This document shows, in pieces, positions 56,897 to 64,000 of a DNA stretch of 64,000 nucleotides. This DNA is from the human T2T-CHM13v2.0 reference genome, Homo sapiens. The stretch lies in NCBI RefSeq assembly GCF_009914755.1, contig NC_060930.1; one strand, written 5' to 3'. Within the stretch, counting starts at the first letter, position 1, and every line of letters begins with the position of its first letter. The notes under the pieces are model-generated. The model ran no database searches, had not been told where the DNA came from, and saw nothing but the letters and a program-made list of their open reading frames with translations. The position numbers and the translations under genes were made by a program.

Positions 56897-56989
56897 ATTT
56901 ATGAATATGACTTAAAAGAAGGGTCTGGTTATTTTCCTTAGGAACCAAGGCTGCAACACTCATTCTGGCCATCATGTAGTGTAAGCAGA

Positions 56990-57055
56990 GTCCAGTGACT
57001 GCCCTGGGGCAAAACACAGAGTAGGCACTCAATGTGTATTTATTGAATAAATAAC
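56990..57055 (+). mobile_element. L2 3' tip just downstream of PRSS35
   Basis: acacagagtaggcactcaatgtgtatttattgaataaata. Confidence 0.6.
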
Positions 57056-57324
57056 TACTTGCTAAAAGGCTGTAAAAAGAGAATAGTTCAGGGCATTATG
57101 TTTAAAGAATTTTAGTGATCTATAATCAAGTACACTGTAAAATTCAGCAATTGCAGGCCTTATTTCTGGTTTGGTCTGTTCTTTCTGGTAGTTTCTAAGG
57201 CCATATTCTCTTCTCTCTTGACACACTTAAGTCATTGATTCTTCCAGGGTTCAAATTTATCTTATTATTTTTTAATAATGGGGAGTTATACTGTGGACTA
57301 GTATGCCAAGAAGTAATTGATTAG

Positions 57325-57684
<360 letters not shown>

Positions 57685-57789
57685 GTGCAGATTCTTTTAT
57701 AATGTAAACCTCTTAAAAATAATTCCATAAAAATTAAAACATAAATTAGCTATAACTCTTACTGTATCTGTATATATGCTTTTGTATTT

Positions 57790-57921
57790 TTTATTTAATT
57801 GAAGTAGAGATAGGGTCTTGCTACATTGACCAGGCTGGTCTCAAACTCCTGGCCTCAAATGATCCTCCCGCTTTGGCATTAAAGTGTTGAGATTACAAAT
57901 TTGAGCCACCATGCCCAGCCA
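57790..57921 (-). mobile_element. Alu left monomer (FLAM-like)
   Basis: gtagagatagggtcttg...gagccaccatgcccagcc. Confidence 0.82.
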
Positions 57922-58374
57922 TATGTGTTTTGTATACAGGATTTTAGCAAGTATTAACTATCATTTTATTTTTTTTAATGATTTGATTTAATTCCAAGCA
58001 CATTTCACTAAGTAGTATTTTATTATTGTTTCCAGTGGTATAGGGCTATTGACTCAAACATTTTGCTCAATTTTTTGGGGGGAAAACATCTATGTGATCA
58101 CAGAAACAAAAATGTTCCAAGGTCAATTTTGCATACTTACACACTTGCAAACACACAGACACTTACACAGAATCTTCGTCTTTGAGTCTTTGAATATAAC
58201 TCCTAGCATTTGAGTAAGTTTAGAATACCTTTGGGTGCTGAATAAAATAGTTTGGTACTTAAGGTTAAATTCTGAGTATATATTCATTATATATATAATT
58301 CTTAAAATCATTGTCCAATATACTTTTCAAAAATATAAAATTGAGCTTGTTTAATTTGCAGAGACTTTTTCTCT

Positions 58375-58540
58375 TTTTCTTTTTAGAAACAGTCTTGCTC
58401 TGTCACCCAGGTTGGAGTGCAGTGGCACAATTACAGCTCACTGTAGCCTTGAACTCCTGAGCTCAATAGATCCTCCCACCTCAACCTTACAAGTAGCTGG
58501 GATAACAGGCATGCATGCATTAGCATGCCTGGCTAGAGGT
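58375..58540 (-). mobile_element. Alu right monomer
   Basis: gtcttgctctgtcacccagg...catgcctggcta. Confidence 0.82.
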
Positions 58541-59017
58541 TTTTTGTTTTGTTTTGTTTTGTTTTGTTTTAATTCTGTCATGCACTTTTCTTTTCCAAGT
58601 GAATCCTGAATCTTACATGACCTATTTAGGAACGCTAAAATGTATTGCATTAACCAGAAAGTTTTGCTTCATATACTTTTTCTCTTATGTTTATCAGATT
58701 TGAAATTGAGAACTAGATTGAACTCACTTAGCTAAACAAACATACTTACATGCATACATGTTTACTGTGTGCAAAGGACTGTACTGACTTATTGTCTGGA
58801 ATCTTACCAATGGTGGATTTCAAATAACCATTTTCAAAACAACTGAAATTTAAAATTGTGGCATTCCCTCTTTATCTAAATAACATATTTTATTTTATTT
58901 TTTTCTTGTTCAAACGAAATGCATGTGGGTAGAAGCAACTTAACAATTTTTTCCTTTTTGATATGCTTCTTAATTAATCCATTGTTTATTTTGAAAAAGA
59001 TTTAGATAATGTTTGAT

Positions 59018-59375
59018 TGTCTTAGTCCATTTAGGCTGCTATAACAAAATATCTTAGACTGGGAACTCTTAAATGATAGAAATTTATTGTTCACAGTTCT
59101 GAAGGCTGGATAGTCCAAGAAGGAGGCATCAGTAGATTTAGTGTCTGATGAAGGTCCATTCCTCATAGATGGCACCTTCTTGTTGTGTCCTCATGTAGTG
59201 GATGGGCACCCAAGCTTATGCAAGCCCCTTTTATAAGAGAATTAATCCCAGTTATGAGGCAGGAGCCCTCACAACCTAATCACCTCCCACATGCTCTGCC
59301 TCTTAATACTGTCACCTTTGGGGTTAGGTTTCAACATACAAACTTTGGAGGGGTGTGAACATTCAGACAATAGCA
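59018..59375 (-). mobile_element. MST-type MaLR solo LTR
   Basis: TGTCTTAGTCCATTTAGGCTGCTATAACAAAAT...AACATTCAGACAATAGCA. Confidence 0.85.
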
Positions 59376-60199
59376 ATAACCAAGATCAGAGTTCTGGACA
59401 CATTCTTACCCCTTCTTACTTGTAGATAGAATAATTCTTTTAAATTCTTATTTCATAGAAAGAATCTCAGGATAAGAAGAGACTATAAAAGATCATCAGT
59501 TTAACCCTATACTTTAAGTTTTAATCCCCTTCCATCACATTCTCTGCAAATGGTTGTCCAGTGATAAGAAAAATTTTCACCCCTTATTGTTTAGTTATTA
59601 AAATAAATTCAGAAATATAACTTACCATAAGTTATTCAGTTTGCTACATAGTGTAAAAATTATATTATGTATGTCTTGCATTTTATTCCAATGTTGACCA
59701 TTTTAATTACTCATAAGTTTTTGTCCTTGTGTTAGTAACTCAGGTATTTATTCGCATCAAACATAAACTGTGATTATTAATTAAGAATATTGGGATAAGG
59801 CAATTTGACCAAGCACTGGATAGTACAAGAATGTGGCTCTATAGCTATAAATAACCTAGAATTAGCATCATTATTCTTTAGGGTGGTTTCCCAATAACAG
59901 ATACTTTTTTGGCTACTGATTTTTAAAAGTACCTGCCAGGCTTTAAAAGTACTTCAATAAAACTACTTTTACTAAAAATGATCAGCAAAAACATCTTTAC
60001 TTAATTAACAGAAGAGCCTTTTTAATAAACTGATTTTTGCAACTAGGTCATTGCTCTTTCTTCAATGGCCAAATCATTAGGTTCAGAGATATTTAGGAGA
60101 TTTGGTCTAATCAGTGATGAAATCATGTCCTCGTCAAATAGCATCGACCTATAGGCAGATTCACAAGTTTTAATTTTTATTAAAATAAAATTTCAATAA

Positions 60200-60476
60200 A
60201 ATCTTGCTCTGTTGCCCAGGCTAGAGCACAGTGGAGTGATCGTGGCTCCCTGAAGCCTTCCTCCTGGGCTCAAAAGATCCTCCTGCCTCAGCCTCCCAAG
60301 TAGCTGGGACTACAGACATGTGCCATCATGCCAGGCTAATTTTTAAAGTTTTTTTTTGTAGAGATGTGGTCTTACTTTGTTGCCCAAGTTGGTCTCTAAC
60401 TCCTGGGCTCAAGTGATCCTTCTGCTTCGGTCTCCCAAAGTGCTGGGATGACAGGTGAGAATCACTGTGCCCGCCC
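60200..60476 (-). mobile_element. AluJ
   Basis: Reverse dimer lacking tail. Confidence 0.88.
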
Positions 60477-60699
60477 ACATGTTTTTATTGATTCACTATT
60501 CAACTAAGCGGAAAAACCATCCTCAGATGGTTTTCTTTTCTACTTATAAAATCTAGGGAGGGAAATTCCTTGCTTCTTCCTCTCTGTATTTAAAAGCTGA
60601 TGTTTTGATCCAGTTAGCTAACTGTCTAGAACATGGTGGGCAAAATGACTTCTGATCCCAATATGGGCTAGTTTGCTTACCCACAGGTAAGGTGGTGGT

Positions 60700-61090
60700 G
60701 TTGCCATAACAAAACCCCACACACTGGGTGGCTGAAACAAAAGACATTTAATTCTCACAACGCTGGAGGCTAGGAAGTCCAAAGTCAAGGTAGGTTTCAT
60801 TTTGAGACCTCTTCTCTTGTCTTGAATTGGCTGCCGTCTCATTGTATGCTCCTGTGACCTCTTCTTTGTGCACAAGCAGGATGACAGAGAAAGAGAGAGC
60901 AGACTCTCTCTGTTTTTTCATCTTATAAAGACACTAATCCCATCATGAGGGCCCCATCCTTATTACCTCATTTAACCTCAATTACCTCCCAAAGGCCCCA
61001 TTTCCAAATACCATCACAACTGGGGGTTAGAGATTCAGCATGTGACATTTTTAGGGGTGGGTGTGGGACACAGACACACAGTTCATAACA
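60700..61090 (-). mobile_element. MLT1A-like LTR
   Basis: tgccataacaaaa...acctcatttaacctcaattacctcc...gttcataaca. Confidence 0.8.
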
Positions 61091-63630
61091 CGTATGTAAA
61101 CCTACAAGTTGCACTAAACTTCTAAACCTACAAGTTGCACCTTGGGCCAGACCCAGGGAATTCACAAGCATGTGTCACTAGAGAAACTAGGCAAAGGGGT
61201 ATGAACGGCAGCTCAGGACAGCCAATCTCTTTTTCCTAACTTTCATCATCATTATTTCAAGTACTCGTACCTGGCACAGAGGCAACGATGGATACATGCT
61301 TAAACTTATCACCAAGTATTCATTGAGGCTTACTCTTTCAGGGCATTACTTACTCTATGCTATATGCTGAAGCTCCAAAATGCTATAGGTATTGTCTTAA
61401 TTGTGTATCATATTAAAAATATAGCGAAATATTTAAATAATGGGAATATTTTCTTGTAATGAGAATTTTAGTATTGGAATACACTATAGCGTGCGACTTA
61501 AGGAATTAGATATTTGACACATTCTCTGTTGACTCATGTATGTTTACGATAGAAACTGCCTTCAAACAGACAAGTGCCAAGCTTCTGTAGCTACACCTTA
61601 TCCTCTCCTCTGCCATGTAAATATTTAATCAGACAACCTCTGCCTCAAAACCTGTCACCAAAATCTTTTTGCCTTAGTAGTATTTAAAAATTTCCAGTAA
61701 CACCTTAACATCCATTCACTTTTCTCAAGCACAGAGGACAAGTTGCCCACTTACTTAGAATATCTACTTTGATCCACATTGCAATCAATCATAGGATCCA
61801 TTATTGCCTCCCTGTGTGATTTTACCAACTGGGTTTACAGTTTACCAAACTGAGACTGCATGATCATATTTCACTTTGTATTTGTAAATGTTTACTAATA
61901 TTCAACTAATATGAACTTGTGTTTATGTTATTGAAATCCTCTGTGCATGCTCATATTATACTTAAGTGTGTGTACACTTTCACACGCAGTATAGATAAGA
62001 GGAATACTTTGAACACTGTTCACACAACCGAACACAGATGAGTTTGGAAAGATCCTCTGGGCTTTTGCTCAGCCTAATTAACACTCATTTTCCTTACTCT
62101 TCTATATTATATTTTGCATTTAATTTCATTAGTAATTTGTAATATACCACACAATATCTCACTTATCTAGAACTTCCTTTTCTGATGACTTCAAGTATCT
62201 AAAATGTAACAAAAAAATTAAGTTAAACAGTGTCTTCTGAATAACCGACATAGATGCCACAAAATTACTTTTACTCTAGAAATAATCTTAACAAGTTGGG
62301 TTATCTGATTTCTGGAACTATAATGAGAAGGCTGCTACTGAGGCAAGTCCAACAGTCCCAAGAAGTGATAGCTGACAGAGAAGGAGGATGTAGAAAAAAC
62401 ATTAAACTATAAAAAAACCCAGGTATATAGGTACTATAAAATTTTAGTAGTTTGGAGCTACTGAGTTTGGGCAAGTAGCTTTGTGAGCCGTATTAGCCTG
62501 TGAAATCATAGCAATATATGTTATGTTTATAATGATGACTGAGCAATCAATATAAAATCATGATCAGTATGAGTTTTGAAAGGCATTACATGATAGAAAA
62601 GTTTTCATGAAAATGGCTTGACATTTTATTAAAGTCTTGTTTAAAATAAGAGAAACATCAGTGGTCAATGGAATTGACTTGTTTTTAGGCTCAAATGAAA
62701 TTCTAGCCTCAAAAATTGAGGAAAAAATGTTACCGCAATATTTTGGTCATTCTTCAGGGTAAAAATATCTGAGTATTTTGAAGACTAATGTGTGTTATTG
62801 AAAGTTTGAAAGTTGTCGAATAGCTGCACCCAATTTATGCATACATACAGTGCTGTGAGATAGGCACAGTAAGTCTGGTATAATGAAAAAAGTTCAGGAT
62901 GCAAAATAAAATACCTTAGTTGTCTAATCATAGTGGACTGCCCTGTAGAGAGCAAATGTTGACCAAATATAATGTGCTGATCATTGTAATTGGTATTGTT
63001 AATTGCAAAAGTTACCTAAGACAATCAATAGTTGCATATAATAAATTAGTTGCATTCTGTTTTACTTTATGTTTGTGAAAGACAAACTGGAATTTCCTAA
63101 GAGGAGAGATCAGCAATCATGTGGTCCTGTAGAACTAAGGTGATTGTGTGTGCTGGTGCAAATTTTGTTCTCTGAAACTAGACATCCTCCCTTCCCCAAT
63201 ATTATGTTACTCCTAAACTTCAGCTTACCAGAGTTTGTGGTATAGCTCACAACACAACATATTTCTAAGAACAGTCCATTATGGAGCCTACCTCTTCTCA
63301 GCTAGCTAAGCAATCCGGGGATCTTCAGAGCAATCTAATACCCAGAGTACTAGGGGCTTCTGGAAGGTAAGGAAGAGAGACCTCTTTCTGATACCTGTGT
63401 GTTTCCTTGACCAGCCCTTCCTCTCCTATTAATTGATAGGAGTCAAAACTCTGCAATTTTGGCTTTACTTAGAATTTAAACTACTGCTACTAACCTAGAC
63501 TCCAGATCACAAAACAATATAAATTTCAGGAAATAGAAGAAAATAATTTACTAGTATACCCTAGAGAGAGATCTAGGAGGACATAGGACTTTTTTTCTCC
63601 TTAAGCCTACTTTAAATGGATGAGTTGTTA

Positions 63631-64000
<370 letters not shown>

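Larger units (their letters stand above)
54635..56915 (+). other. PRSS35: PRSS35 exon 2 (20 nt 5' UTR, CDS, ~1 kb 3' UTR)
   Basis: Polypyrimidine tract ctctctctttttctatttttAAG ending 54634; AATAAA at 56891-56896 with downstream GU/U-rich element. 3' end approximate. Confidence 0.85.

Overview
Primate, almost certainly human, genomic DNA containing the whole PRSS35 (inactive serine protease 35) gene on the + strand. It has a GC-rich promoter and non-coding exon 1 (~43750-43909), a 10.7-kb intron, and exon 2 (from 54635) carrying the entire 413-codon CDS (54655-55896) plus a ~1-kb 3' UTR. The ~43 kb upstream is intergenic and dominated by transposable elements: about 35 Alus, a full-length but coding-dead L1PA5-like element (26861-33011), old L1M/L2/MIR fragments, MaLR/ERVL LTRs including a two-LTR MLT1A-type element, and MER DNA transposons. 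I see no convincing wholly new biological system. The best leads are regulatory or structural: (i) a sense-oriented THE1 LTR with a DUX4-type motif and two strong splice donors that could act as an alternative first exon for PRSS35; (ii) an AP-1 plus clustered NFAT5/TonE module 2.9 kb upstream of the TSS; (iii) an intact, extended antisense ORF0 in the L1; (iv) the pseudo-protease architecture of PRSS35; (v) DNA-repair and insertion scars (templated 80-bp copy, perfect 67-bp tandem duplication, 35-bp micro-L1). Repeat subfamily names come from my recall of consensus sequences, and boundaries are approximate unless a TSD is quoted.
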